From assembly GCF_006345805.1 (NCBI RefSeq), contig NC_042999.1, forward strand, positions 156,674,001 through 156,738,000: a DNA stretch of 64,000 bases, read 5' to 3'. Position numbers and translations under genes: made by a program. Within the stretch, counting starts at the first letter, position 1; the number at the start of each line of letters is the position of its first letter. Under the pieces are notes generated by a model that saw only the letters and a list, made by a program, of their open reading frames with translations, searched no databases and was not told where the DNA came from. Of the stretch, positions 24,521 through 35,985 are shown piece by piece. Origin of the DNA: Octopus sinensis (Eukaryota).

Positions 24521-25420
24521 AAGATACCACTAATTAAAGAAAATAACACTATAAAAATAGATCTCTTCTACAAACCTACAGACACACACCATTATTTGAA
24601 CTTTCATTCCTCCCATCCCTCGCATACCAAAAGAAATGTACCCTTTAATATGGCAAAACGAATTTGCACAATAGTAATAGATGCAGAATTAAGGAACACA
24701 AGATTACAGGAATTAAAAATATTTCTAGAGGAACAAAAATATCACACTAATTTAATTGACACAGCAATCACCAAAGCAAAAAACATCTTAACCACAACCC
24801 ATGGAGGTAAACAAACACAAAGATAAAAATAAAAATGAACTCCTTTTGTCATCACCCACAACCCAAGAAATCATGACATCATCAACACTGCAAAATGATA
24901 CCTCTCAATTCTTCAACATTCAAGAATAAACCAATTAATAACAGACTCAAAGATAATTTATAACAGATGGAAAGCAACCAACATAAAAAAAAACTCTTAA
25001 CCTGAGCAAAATTTACAACCACAGGAACAACAAAGGAAGTTAAAAATGTGGTGACCCTCATTGTGGAATATGCGACTGCATTGAAGAGGGAGTACAAATT
25101 ACTTTAAAAAAACAATGACACTTTTAAAATAAATGCAAATATGAATTGCAAATCCAGGAATTTAATCTACCGTGCCACATGCCCTGAAATGCAACAAATA
25201 CTATATTGATGAAATAGGTATCGGACTATATGAGAGAGTAAGGATACACAAACAACAAATCCATGACTCCTCCCTTAGAAACACAACCTGTAGCGAACAT
25301 TTTGGAAACTGTGGGAAAAGAAAACTCAAAATATTCCCTTTCTTCAAACTATGGACAGAAAATAAACATTTTGGTAAGGCCAAGGAAGAGTATTTTATTT
25401 GAAAATATCAGCCAAAACTG
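24520..25420 (+). pseudogene. Penelope-like element fragment (RT thumb + GIY-YIG endonuclease)
   Basis: DLFYKPTDTHHYLNFHSSHPSHTKRNVPF; NLIYRATC...CNKYYI; stops and frameshifts present. Confidence 0.85.
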
Positions 25421-25719
25421 AAAAAAGCAATAATAATAACACAACCACCAGAACTACCATCTCAACAATCAACAGAAAGAAACCAACCAAACACTGTCTG
25501 AAAAAGGAAAAGTACATATGGACTGAATTGAATTGAACTTGTGACCATGCTGGGGCACCACCATTTAATTTTGCAACATAAATTTTTCAGTTTGCTAATA
25601 TTTTTTAGAACTTGACATTTGATACATAAGAGAATCTGACACCCTTGAGAGTAAGAGATCTAATCCAGTTTTTTTATGACACATTCACGTGATATGAGTA
25701 TACACCCTTTTTTGTACTA

Positions 25720-25930
25720 TCTTATGTATGCACATGCATATATGTGTAGAAATATCTATAGCTATGTGTATATATGCATATATGTGTGAAGGTATGGAAG
25801 TATGTATATTTACATAAAAATATAGTTATATAAGTTTGTATGGATGTACACCCTCTTACACGTGTACACATAAACACATATGCATGTATACACATATGCG
25901 TGTATGTATGTGTGGGTATATGCATATGTG

Positions 25931-25961
<31 letters not shown>

Positions 25962-26083
25962 GTATGTGTATGTATGTGTGTATATGTACATGTGTGCATA
26001 TGAATATTTATGTATATGTATTTGTATATGTGTGTATATGTATATATTTATGTGTATGTGTGCATACATGTGTGTATGTGCAG

Positions 26084-26130
<47 letters not shown>
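25720..26130. repeat. Degenerate AT/GT microsatellite followed by an RTE tail fragment (26130-26250, minus)
   Basis: Directly visible. Confidence 0.9.
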
Positions 26131-26133
<3 letters not shown>

Positions 26134-26872
26134 TCATCATTTAACGTCCGCTTTCCATGGGTTGGACGATTTTGACTGAGGGCTGGCGAACCAGACTCCA
26201 ATCTTGATTTGGCAGAGTTTCTACAGCTGGATGCCCTTCCTAACACCATATATATAAATATATATATGCATATGTACATATGTATAAGTATGTGTATATA
26301 TGGGTGTCTATATATATAAGGGGTTTGTATGATTGTGTATAGAAGAATATATTACTCAAAGGAATTCCAACTCTGTTTTTCCCGAAGTATTAATTGTCTA
26401 TTCTTATCGAACAAATGAACAAACCAATTTCATTGACATTATTATGAAACCACTATGCACACAATTCATTTTTTTATTCAACACACACACACGCACACAC
26501 ACAAACACACACACACACACACACACACACCACACACACACACACACAAACTGAAATGATTTTTAAATACAAACAAAAAGAATATAAAACAGGCAATTTT
26601 AAAGCCAACAACATTTAAAAACAAACAAATTAACTATGTCCAGAGTAAATCAATCAGCAGCAGAAACGATGATAAATTTCTTGGTCTGACCTCATTGTTA
26701 TCATTAAACAAAAACAAAAAGATCCGTTGCAATTCAGAAAATTAACTTCTAACAAAAAGGTTTGTGAGCAAAATTAAAAGAGAAAGCAGGGAAAATCAAG
26801 ATACATCACAGTATTACATGCATGCTCCACAACAACACTATATCCCATAAACACAAGTTCTACAAAGAAGCA

Positions 26873-27368
26873 GTGGAGGCGCAATGGCCCAGTGGTTAGG
26901 GCAGTGGACTCGCGGCCGTAGGATCGCGGTTTCGATTCCCAGACCGGGCATTGTGAGTGTTTATTGAACAAAAACACTTAAAGATCGATGAGGCTCCAGC
27001 AAGGGGTGGTGGTGAACCCTGCTGTACTCTTTCACCACAACTTTCTCTCACTCTTTCTTCCTGTTTCTGTGGTGCCTGTATTTCAAAGGGCCAGCCTTGT
27101 CACACTCTGTGTCATGCTGAATCTCCCCGAGAACTACATTAAGAGTACACGTGTCTGTGGAGTACTCAGCCACTTGCATGTTAATAAATGAGCTGCGACG
27201 TCACTGGTGCCTTTGCGTTTCCCTTGGATAACATCGGTGGTGTGGAGAATGATGGCTGGTGTGCGTAGGCGACTGCTGGTCTTCCATAAACAACTTTGCC
27301 CAGACTTGTACCTCGGAGGGTAACTTTCTAGGTGCAATCCGATGGTCATTCGTGACCGAAGGAGGTCA
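26873..27368 (+). mobile_element. SINE with a family-B tRNA head and a different body/tail
   Basis: Head matches 16571/33158 to about 27060, then diverges into ccagccttgtcacactctgtg...gaccgaaggaggtc. Confidence 0.75.
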
Positions 27369-27477
27369 CAATCACAATAAAGAAGCAATGAAGCAAAGAA
27401 AAAAAATGGAAATGAATAATAACAAATATGTTGAAGTAGGCAAACTTACTGACAAAATAAACATTTGAAAATTAAAC

Positions 27478-27862
27478 AAGAGGTGCAGTTGTGGCTGTAG
27501 GATAAGAAGTTTGCTTCCCAACCATATGGTTCCAGGTTCAGTCCTTCTACTAAAGCCTCAGGGTGATCAAACTCTTGTGAGTGGATTTGGCAGATGGAAA
27601 CTGAAATAAGCCTGCTGTATGTGTGTGTGTGTGTGTCTATCTGTCTGTCTTTGTGTATATGTTTTACCCCTCCCCACTGCTTGACAACTAGTGTTAACAT
27701 CCCTATAACTTAGCAGTTTGACAAAAGAACTGATATAATAAGTACCAGACTTTACAAAAAAATAATAAATACTTGGGTGGGTCAATAAGTTCTACTAAAA
27801 TGTTTCAAGGCCATGCCCCAGCATGGCCACAGTTTAATGACTGAACCAAGTAAAGCATAAAA
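27478..27862 (+). mobile_element. Older diverged SINE A relative
   Basis: Recognisable head, core and tail with many substitutions. Confidence 0.7.
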
Positions 27863-27992
27863 GGTAACATCCAACTACACACTAAAAAGTAACCAGCTAC
27901 AGAAATTAAATGTATCCCAACAGAATCTACCACATACAAAACACATATGATACACAAAAGAAAGCAACACGGTAGCAATGACAACAATGAAA

Positions 27993-28216
27993 GGCGGTGA
28001 GCTGGCAGAAACGTTAGCACGCCGGGCGAAATGCCTATCCGTATTTCGTCTGCCGTTGCGTTCTGAGTTCAAATTCCGTCAAGGTCGACTTTGCCTTTCA
28101 TCCTTTCGGGGTCAATAAATTAAGTACCAGTTACGCACTGGGATTGATATAATCGACTTAATCCGTTTGTCTGTCCTTGTTTGTCCCCTCTGTGTTTAGC
28201 CCCTTGTGGGTAGTAA
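27993..28216 (+). mobile_element. SINE family C, full length
   Basis: ggcggtgagctggcagaaacgttagcacgccggg...gtgggtagtaaag. Confidence 0.85.
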
Positions 28217-28814
28217 AGCAACAGGGTAGCAATGACAACACATGTAATATGTAAAACCTCAAAACAAAGTGAAAAACTACAGAACCAAACCTGCAAGAAA
28301 TAAGTAATGATGTACAGTAAATCAAAAATACATACTGAGATATCAAGAACTAAAATCCAAAAAGATAGTGAAGGGCACAGAATCATCCCAACCCCTTAGA
28401 TACCCTCAACCAAATAAACAACAACAAAAATAAACCCTTAGCCCTCACATCTAACGACAAACACAATAAAAATACCGGTGCCCCAGCATGGCCACAGCTC
28501 ATAAGCTGAAACTAGAATCAATCAATCAATCAATCAATAACATACTTAGGAAGCTGAAATAATGAAAACAGAAGAGAACGAAATGTCATTGAACTGTGAT
28601 CAATAAAAACACTTATGCATGCTCAAACAAATCATAGTAGGAAAAACATGCAGAATAAAATGTTTTGAAAAGCATAAGAGCGTTACTTCCAGAAGAATAA
28701 ATTACTTCAATTAAATGCTAAAAACTTCAACAAGAACATTAACGTAAAAGTGGAAGACACCAATGAAAATTCAAGCATACAGAAAAGGAATATTGTTTTC
28801 AAATTCTGATACAA

Positions 28815-28980
28815 GGCCAGCGATTTCAGGAAAGTGGGTAAGTCAATTACATTGAACCCAGTGCTCAGCTGGTACTTATTTCATCAACTCCAAAAGGATG
28901 AAAGGCAAAGTCAACCTTGGCAGAATTTGAACTCTGAACATAAATTCAGGTGAAATGCCACTAATCATTTCGTCAACTTT
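28815..28980 (-). mobile_element. Diverged SINE C
   Basis: Reverse-complement core aaggatgaaaggcaaagtcaacc...aatttgaactc. Confidence 0.65.
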
Positions 28981-29531
28981 CCAACTGAGAGATAATGTTA
29001 AATATAGAAGAATCAACACAGACAAAATGCACAATAAATCAGGTGGGGAGGAAAATATATTAGAACATCTCAATAACTGTCCACAATAACCAGCAAGGAA
29101 CTCATCAACACATTGGAAATTGCAAGCAAGAGAAAAGTACCTGAGATTGACAATGCTTCCAATTTCTGGATGAAACGTCTAATGGGTATATGACAGCAGT
29201 TTCCAATGAAGTAGTAAGCAGGCCAGAATCAATATCTGATAGGCTGCTAGAGGAGGACAAACAACATTAACTCCCTAAAACTAAAATATCTGAAACCAAT
29301 AAATTTATAGGCTTGCCAACAATATACCAATCCCTCACATCCATACTTTACAAAAGACAGGTTTTACATCTGGAGATAAATAACTTATTGTCAAAGGAAC
29401 TGAAAGGATGTTGAAAGGGAAAATATGAAAACAGAGAAGAAGTGGTATTGGCATGCACCAAATGCAGTGTATGATAAAGCCTAGCTGCAGTTATCAGGAA
29501 CTTACTTAAGTGACAAGGATGTCAAAGTAAA

Positions 29532-29984
29532 ATATTCGGATCCTTTTGGTTTGAACGGCATTTTTTTCTAGCGGTGTCATATGAAATTGTCACCCATAAT
29601 TATGACCCTAGTATCGATCTATTGCATTTCAATCTATTTTAGGGTTAGGTTTAGTTAGGGTTAGGGTTAGGGTTAAGGGTGGGGGGAAGGGTATCTTTTT
29701 TTCTTAACAAATGTAAATAAACCCAATCTGTTTCTTAAACAAGGGACATATTCATATGGCACAGAATGCTTTTTACCCCAATGGACGTCAGTGTTTGGTT
29801 GAAATTGCAGAAATTGAAGAAGAAAAAAACAACAAATATCTTACAAACTATAGAATTTTCTCAAGAAAGCCAAGAGAAAAAATGTTTTAGAAACACATTC
29901 TACCAGTATACGAAGTTTATAATTTTTTAGTTACTTACAAATTATGTTAAAAACTGCCATTCAAACGGAAAAGATCCAAATATT
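29532..29984. mobile_element. MITE-like element with imperfect ~25-bp TIRs and internal (TTAGGG)n
   Basis: ggatccttttggtttgaacggca vs tgccattcaaacggaaaagatcc; telomeric-type hexamers 29639-29680. Confidence 0.65.
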
Positions 29985-30574
29985 CAGATATAATGATCAA
30001 TGATTGGAAAGAAGATATATGCACCTTGACAGACATTGTGGTTTCTTTTGAACAAAACATTGCATGAAAGGAATTGGATAAAATTGTTCAGATACAAAGA
30101 TCTCAACCCTGAAGTACCATGTCAGACATAAAATTAAAAACTGAAGTAATAATGATTCTGTCTCACATAAATTCTTATTCAAACTCTCAGTTAAATATGA
30201 CATCAGTGATTTTTCAATCACTGTTTTACTATCTCAGTAATGATGAGTTTTATCTTAGCATATGGTTGCCATTGGATACTTGCTACTGACAAAGCCCCAA
30301 AGGGTAGTAATGCACATTTTAAAATTCCACTACCACTACTGGATGATTTTTCTCTGCAACAAATGTATCTCTGTGTTTTTTGAACACTGTACATATGAGT
30401 TACTATCTCAGAACAAACACAGCAGTTAATTAGGCTTTCAAGGCTTTTAAGTATGATACACAGACTGCTATTTTAAAGTAATACACATGTATACACACAA
30501 ATACTTATACATATGTATGTGTATGTTCACACACACACACACACACATGTAAGTAACATGTATGTATATTTTTT

Positions 30575-30983
30575 TATTCTTTTACTCTTTTACTTGTTTC
30601 AGTCATTTGACAGTGGCCATGCTGGAGCACCGCCTTTAGTTGAGTAAATCGACCCTGGGACTTATTCTTTGTAAGCCCAGTACTTATTCTATCGGTCTTT
30701 TTTGCCGAATCGCTAAGTGACGGAGACGTAAACACACCAGCATCGGTTGTCAAGCAATGCCAGGGGGACAAACACAGACACACAAACACACACATACATA
30801 TATATATATATACATATAAACGACAGGCTTCTTTCAGTTTCCGTCTACCAAATCCACTCACAAGGCATTGGTCGGCCCGGGGCTATAGCAGAAGACACTT
30901 GCCCAAGATGCCACGCAGTGGGACTGAACCCGGAACCATGTGGTTGGTTAGCAAGCTACTTACCACACAGCCACTCCTGCGCC
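30575..30983 (-). mobile_element. SINE family A
   Basis: Full match. Confidence 0.9.
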
Positions 30984-31232
30984 TACATGTATACTTGTGT
31001 TTTGTGCACACACACACATAAAATTAATGTGTTTCTGCACAGTTTGCATCTACCAAGTTATACTCTTATAGCATTAGTAAACCTAAAGCTACTGTAGAAG
31101 ATACTCGCCCCAAGTACTGTGATGTGGAAGTGAATCCAAATCCATATTATTGTAATGAAAAATTCTTTACCCCACAGCTATGCTTACACTTATATAATAA
31201 ATCACAAGATAATATTGATATCTATTTAAATA

Positions 31233-32306
31233 TTGGTTTGTCTGGGAAGTTCATGCCGATTTATAGTAGCTTACCTTTCGACTTATTTTAAGTCCATAAA
31301 ATGGGATTTGACTACACCTCCATTTAGAGCACAGTTTAAGCTATCTTTTCATGGAAGAAGGTTTATGTTCCTATAACCTGTGTTCATTCTGTAAGCCTTT
31401 AAAATGGAAGATAAGAAAGTTCATTTTCAGCACTTGATACTTTACTTTTTCTGTAAAGGGAAAAATGCCTTGCAAGCAACCAAAGAAATATGTGCAGTTT
31501 AAGGTGATGTTTCTTTATCTGAAAGAACTGTATGGAATTGGTTCAGAAGGCTCCGAGCTGGAGATTGTAGCCTTATTGATAAAGAGCAATCAGGCAGACC
31601 ATCCACTACAGATGATGACCAAATCAAGTCGTTAATTGAGAATAACCCACATTGCACAACCCAAGAATTGGCAGAAAGTCTCAACCTATCAAACTCCGTC
31701 GTTCATGCAGTAAGTGACATGAGCCACCCTCAGCCACCCCAAAAGTGGGTTTTCATCCTAACAAAGTTTTGCTTTGTGTCTGATGGGATTGGAAAGGAAT
31801 TCTGTACTATGAGCTTCTCCTAAGTAACCAGACAATTAATTCTTAGAAATACTGCACACAACTGGACGAGTTAAAAGCAGCAATTCAAGAGAAACGTCCA
31901 GAATTGGCCAACAAGAAGAGTGTTGTTTTCCAACATGATAATGCAAGACTGCACGTTTCTTTGGGAACCAGACAAAAGTTGCTGCAGCTTGGCTGGGATA
32001 TGTTACCCCACCCTCCATATTCACCAGATATTGCTCCTTCGGATTCCCATTTATTCATGTCTCTGCAGATTAGTCTAAGTGGTAAAAATTTCAATTCCTT
32101 GGATGATGTAAAAAGATACCTTGATGAATTCTTTGCCATGAAACCACCTCAATTCTAGGAAGAGGGTATTTTCAAGTTAAAGGAAAGATGGAGATGCATT
32201 GTGCAACAAAATGGTTCATGTTTGATTGATTAAAAATATAATGGCAAGTATTTATTGACCTTTTTCTTTCCTTTAAAAATCGGCATGAACATTCCGGACA
32301 ACCCAA
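31233..32306 (+). mobile_element. Internally deleted mariner (DD34D) element
   Basis: TA flanks, ~30-bp TIRs ttgg(t/g)ttgtc...gttcatgccgattt; HDNAR...YSPDIAPSD with 34 residues between the two D. Confidence 0.93.
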
Positions 32307-32889
32307 TATTTTCTAAAAGATGGCAAATTTTATCGTAGATATTAATTCACCACATGTCTCTCTTTCAGAATATCATTGACCTTTTACCAAGGATGGCTTC
32401 GCCTTTTATTCTTCTAGAGCTGATAAAATAAATGCCAGCTCAGCTCAGGGAAGAGGGGTGGGGGATAGAATGTAATTGACCCCCACCCACCTCTCAAACT
32501 TGCTGGTTTTGTGCCAAAATCTGAAAAACATATTCTAATAGCAGTCAGAGGTAAGAAAGTAGGTCAGGATTATTTATCGCTGCATCAGTTACAGATTATT
32601 GCCTAAAAAAATGTGTACATGTATATGTGCTTGCCTCTGTATTTATGTGAGTGAAAGGTAAAATTATAAAAGAAATAAGATGGCTCCTCAAAAACATAAA
32701 ATAAATAAAAGGAAAAGAAATGTAAAATGAAATGGAAAGCAGACATTTTACTAGAATGGTCAAGAGGGTTGCAATCTTATGTAGGAATAACATACTTTCA
32801 ATCTAAAGCAATGAATTAGTGAATTTTTGAAGAAAATATTATATTCATAAAATAAGAAAGTCTTTCGAATAATCATTTAATTAACAAAC

Positions 32890-32998
32890 CTGCAGATTTA
32901 ACATGCATTCGATTTTCAACCAGGAAAAGTTGTAAGTATTGAGGGCAGTGAGGAGCAAAGTCTTTGACAGCCCATGATCGCAAAATTGTATGTTGATC
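32890..32998 (-). CDS. slo2: KCNT/Slo2 exon, RCK1: [36 protein letters not shown](D) (109 nt)
   Basis: tctttag| acceptor, G|gtttg donor, phase 0-1; [13 protein letters not shown] motif. Confidence 0.95.
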
Positions 32999-33157
32999 CT
33001 AAAGAGATGAAATGGAATTATTAGTAAACAGAAATCAATTCTAACAGTGGACATAAAGTTTTTAAAAAATGTGAAAAAACAGATTCTCAAGTGTAGGTGT
33101 CACAATGAGTACAACATACATTGTGCATTAAATTTATACACACATATATATATATAT

Positions 33158-33463
33158 GTGGAGGCGCAATGGCCCAGCGGTTAGGGCAGCAGACTTGCGG
33201 TCGTAGGATCGCGGTTTCGATTCCCAGACTGGGCGTTGTGAGTGTTTATTGAGCGAAAACACCTGAAAAGCTCCACGACGCTCCGGCAGGGGGTGGTGAT
33301 TCCTGCTGTACTCTTTCACCACTCTTTCTCTCACTCTTTCTTCTGTTGGCCTGCTCGTTTAGCCAGCAGGGTGGCGTCATTTGAAGGCTAAAACAATGCG
33401 AATGCATTGTGACCAGCGATGTGTAACTACATCTGATGGACTGGTCGGTCACGTGATCACGTG
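33158..33463 (+). mobile_element. SINE family B
   Basis: A and B boxes; full match. Confidence 0.88.
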
Positions 33464-33845
33464 ATATATATATAAATATTATGGAGATGTACTTGCATAG
33501 CAAGTGATTTGATCTGAGATCGTGTGCTGAAATGAAAACAATTGCAGCGTGGAAGGTGTTTGTAAGCCATATAAGAAACACACAAAAGCCGTTCGATTCA
33601 CTTCAACATTTAAGTTTAATTTGTCAAAATATTTTCCTCGCTTTAAGACCTCGACCTGTTCACTGACAAAAATCCGTGCTGCATCTGGGCATTGGTTTAT
33701 ATATAAATAATCAAATGAATAACAGACAATGGATAATTGTTAGCTCTTCAACACTTGGTGGTTAAAAAATATTGCCAAAGGGACATGATACAACATTCAA
33801 AGGTAGTTTATATCGATATTAATCCTCTGCCACTTCGTTTTCATT

Positions 33846-33933
33846 TTAGGTAGAGGCTAGGGTTAGGGCTAGGGTTATGTTTAGGGTTAGGGATTAGGGT
33901 TAGGGTTAGGGGTTAGGGGCTAGGGTTAGGGTT
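33846..33933 (+). repeat. Degenerate interstitial (TTAGGG)n-like array
   Basis: ctagggttagggctagggtt...ttagggttagggattagggttagggttagggg. Confidence 0.85.
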
Positions 33934-33939
33934 GATGTG

Positions 33940-34400
33940 GAAATTATATATGCAGTTTAGTCTCACATGTATATAGCAATGAAGACAAAACACAAACATT
34001 GTAGATCTTCAATTTTGTCTCAATTGAAATTCCATTCCAAGGCCATAAACGTCTATCCAGTTTTTGGAATCCCCATCTGGCTTTCTTGATTTGAAGGGAG
34101 ATTTCACCATCAAGAGTATTTGTCATGTTTACTAGCTAAATACACAAATTTTTCCACAATCTGCAATTTCTCTTCATACACATAAGTGTTTGGCTCAGAA
34201 GAGGCTTTACTTGGAACATTATGATTATCTTTTTTAGGCTGATTGTTAGACACAAAGCATTGCATGCTGTGAAGGTAGAATTCATAAGCTGCTGCTGCAT
34301 TTCACTCTGAGAGTGAGCAACAACATTACATGTGTCAGCAGACAAGAATTTACATATCAGTGATGGGAACAGCCTTGTTCTTACATCAAACTACCTTATA
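33940..34400 (-). pseudogene. Decayed RTE (BovB-like) RT fragment
   Basis: ADxCxVVAHS, TISLKK, TLDGEISxxIxKA, TKLKIYNVCVLSSLLYTCET. Confidence 0.75.
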
Positions 34401-34896
34401 ATCAACATCTGATGTACACCTCATGTAAGTATCCCTCAAAAGCCATAAAAAAAATCAGGCAAATTAACATCAAAACCCTTACAAACATTTCCATTGAGCT
34501 TTCCACACTTCATAAAATTTTGTTTGAATTCCCTCCACCCATCATGCACTGCTTTCTTCTATAATGGACAATCTAGTGAGGTTCCCAACAATTCTCCTTA
34601 CCAGCTTGTTTGGTAAGGAAGGTATATTTTGTTGGACACTCTGACATGAAAAAACAAAACACACACATTCATACATTTCTTGTTTTTTATATAATTTCCA
34701 TCTTTCTTGCCCACATATTGTTCTGGTGTCCACTGAATTTTTCTCTAGAGAACATTCTTTTCTTTGTAGTTTGATCGCAGATGATCTACTTCTAGCATAT
34801 GGCTGACCACATAGTGGTATTTTAGCCCTTTAAATAAACACATGTATTAAAATACACATATGTAGAGAGAAGGTAATATAATGGTATATAACTTAC

Positions 34897-34960
34897 TGCT
34901 TCACTTCTGTGTTTTGTATTTCTCTCAGCTAATATAAAGCATGCCTGTGCATCTTGAACC
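34897..34960 (-). CDS. slo2: KCNT/Slo2 exon, RCK1: (R)VQDAQACFILAERNTKHRSEA (64 nt)
   Basis: tttcag| acceptor, GCA|gtaagt donor, phase 2-0; ACFIL motif. Confidence 0.93.
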
Positions 34961-34999
34961 CTGAAAGTAGAAACAAAATTGAAACACAAAATACATTAA

Positions 35000-35560
35000 C
35001 TATACAATGGGGTCACAAATTGAATATTGCAATCCCTGCCAAAGAAACACAGAGATTTCTATATTTATACTGTAGATAAAAAAAAAGCTGTGAAGTCCTG
35101 GATAGACTGAGTATGCACTGGAAGACCATATATCTTCTAACAAGATTCTGTGCCATCTCATTAGGCTTGAACAATCCAAACATGGATACATACTAATCTT
35201 CATGATCACATTATCCTAGACACATGGCCTCCTAGCTCACCAAACCCCAATCCACTGGACTATTATGTATGGGGCATAGTTAAGAGAGAGGTCAATCAAT
35301 GATCCCATTATACCATACAAACTCTCTAATCCACCATATCCAGTACTATGTCCAAAATTGATAAAGATCATCTGATTTAGGTATGTCAGTGTTTCCATAT
35401 CTGATTTAAGCATGTCAGTGCTTCCATATCTGATTTAGGTATGTCAGTGCTTCCATATCTGATTTAGGTATGCCAGTGCCTTCAAGTCTGCAGCTATTGA
35501 TGTTAATGGTGGATTCGTTAAATGGGTGTAATAAAAGGATTCTCATGATTGTTTGTACCA
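35000..35560 (+). pseudogene. Tc1/mariner-superfamily transposase C-terminal remnant with a 29-bp x4 tandem repeat (about 35370-35485)
   Basis: WPPSSPNPNPLDYYVWGIVKREV; ccatatctgatttaggtatgtcagtg repeated. Confidence 0.7.
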
Positions 35561-35729
35561 ATTGGTTTTCAAATACAACATTTCTTTGAAGAGTTATGTG
35601 TCTTTTTCTAAATTCATACAAGTGATCTCAAAAGCCTTATGTACCCTTTATATAGACAGTTTAAATATTGTTTATAAATGACATCTGATTTTTTTTTAAA
35701 GTTGAAATAAATATCTTTACCAATATATA

Positions 35730-35950
35730 CTCATGGTGGCACGTAAAAAGCACCATCCGATCATGGCCATTTGCCAGCCTCGTCTGGCACCTGTGCCAGT
35801 GGCACGTAAAAAGCACCCACTACACTCATGGAGTGGTTGGCGTTAGGAAGGGCATCCAGCCGTAGAAACATTGCCAGATCAGACTGGGCCTGGTGCAGCC
35901 TTCTGGCTTCCCAGACCCCAGCGGACGCTAAACGATGATGATGATGATGA
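35730..35950 (+). mobile_element. RTE 3'-UTR/tail fragment
   Basis: gtggcacgtaaaaagcacc...gcggacgctaaacgatgatgatg. Confidence 0.85.
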
Positions 35951-35985
35951 TATCTTGTTTAGTTAACCTGTAATAACTTCTAGAG

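Noticed and set aside
33470-33690. Repeat-like segment with GAAAAUAUUUU and stem-like flanks on minus
   Set aside because: No CUGANGA core; not supportable as a ribozyme
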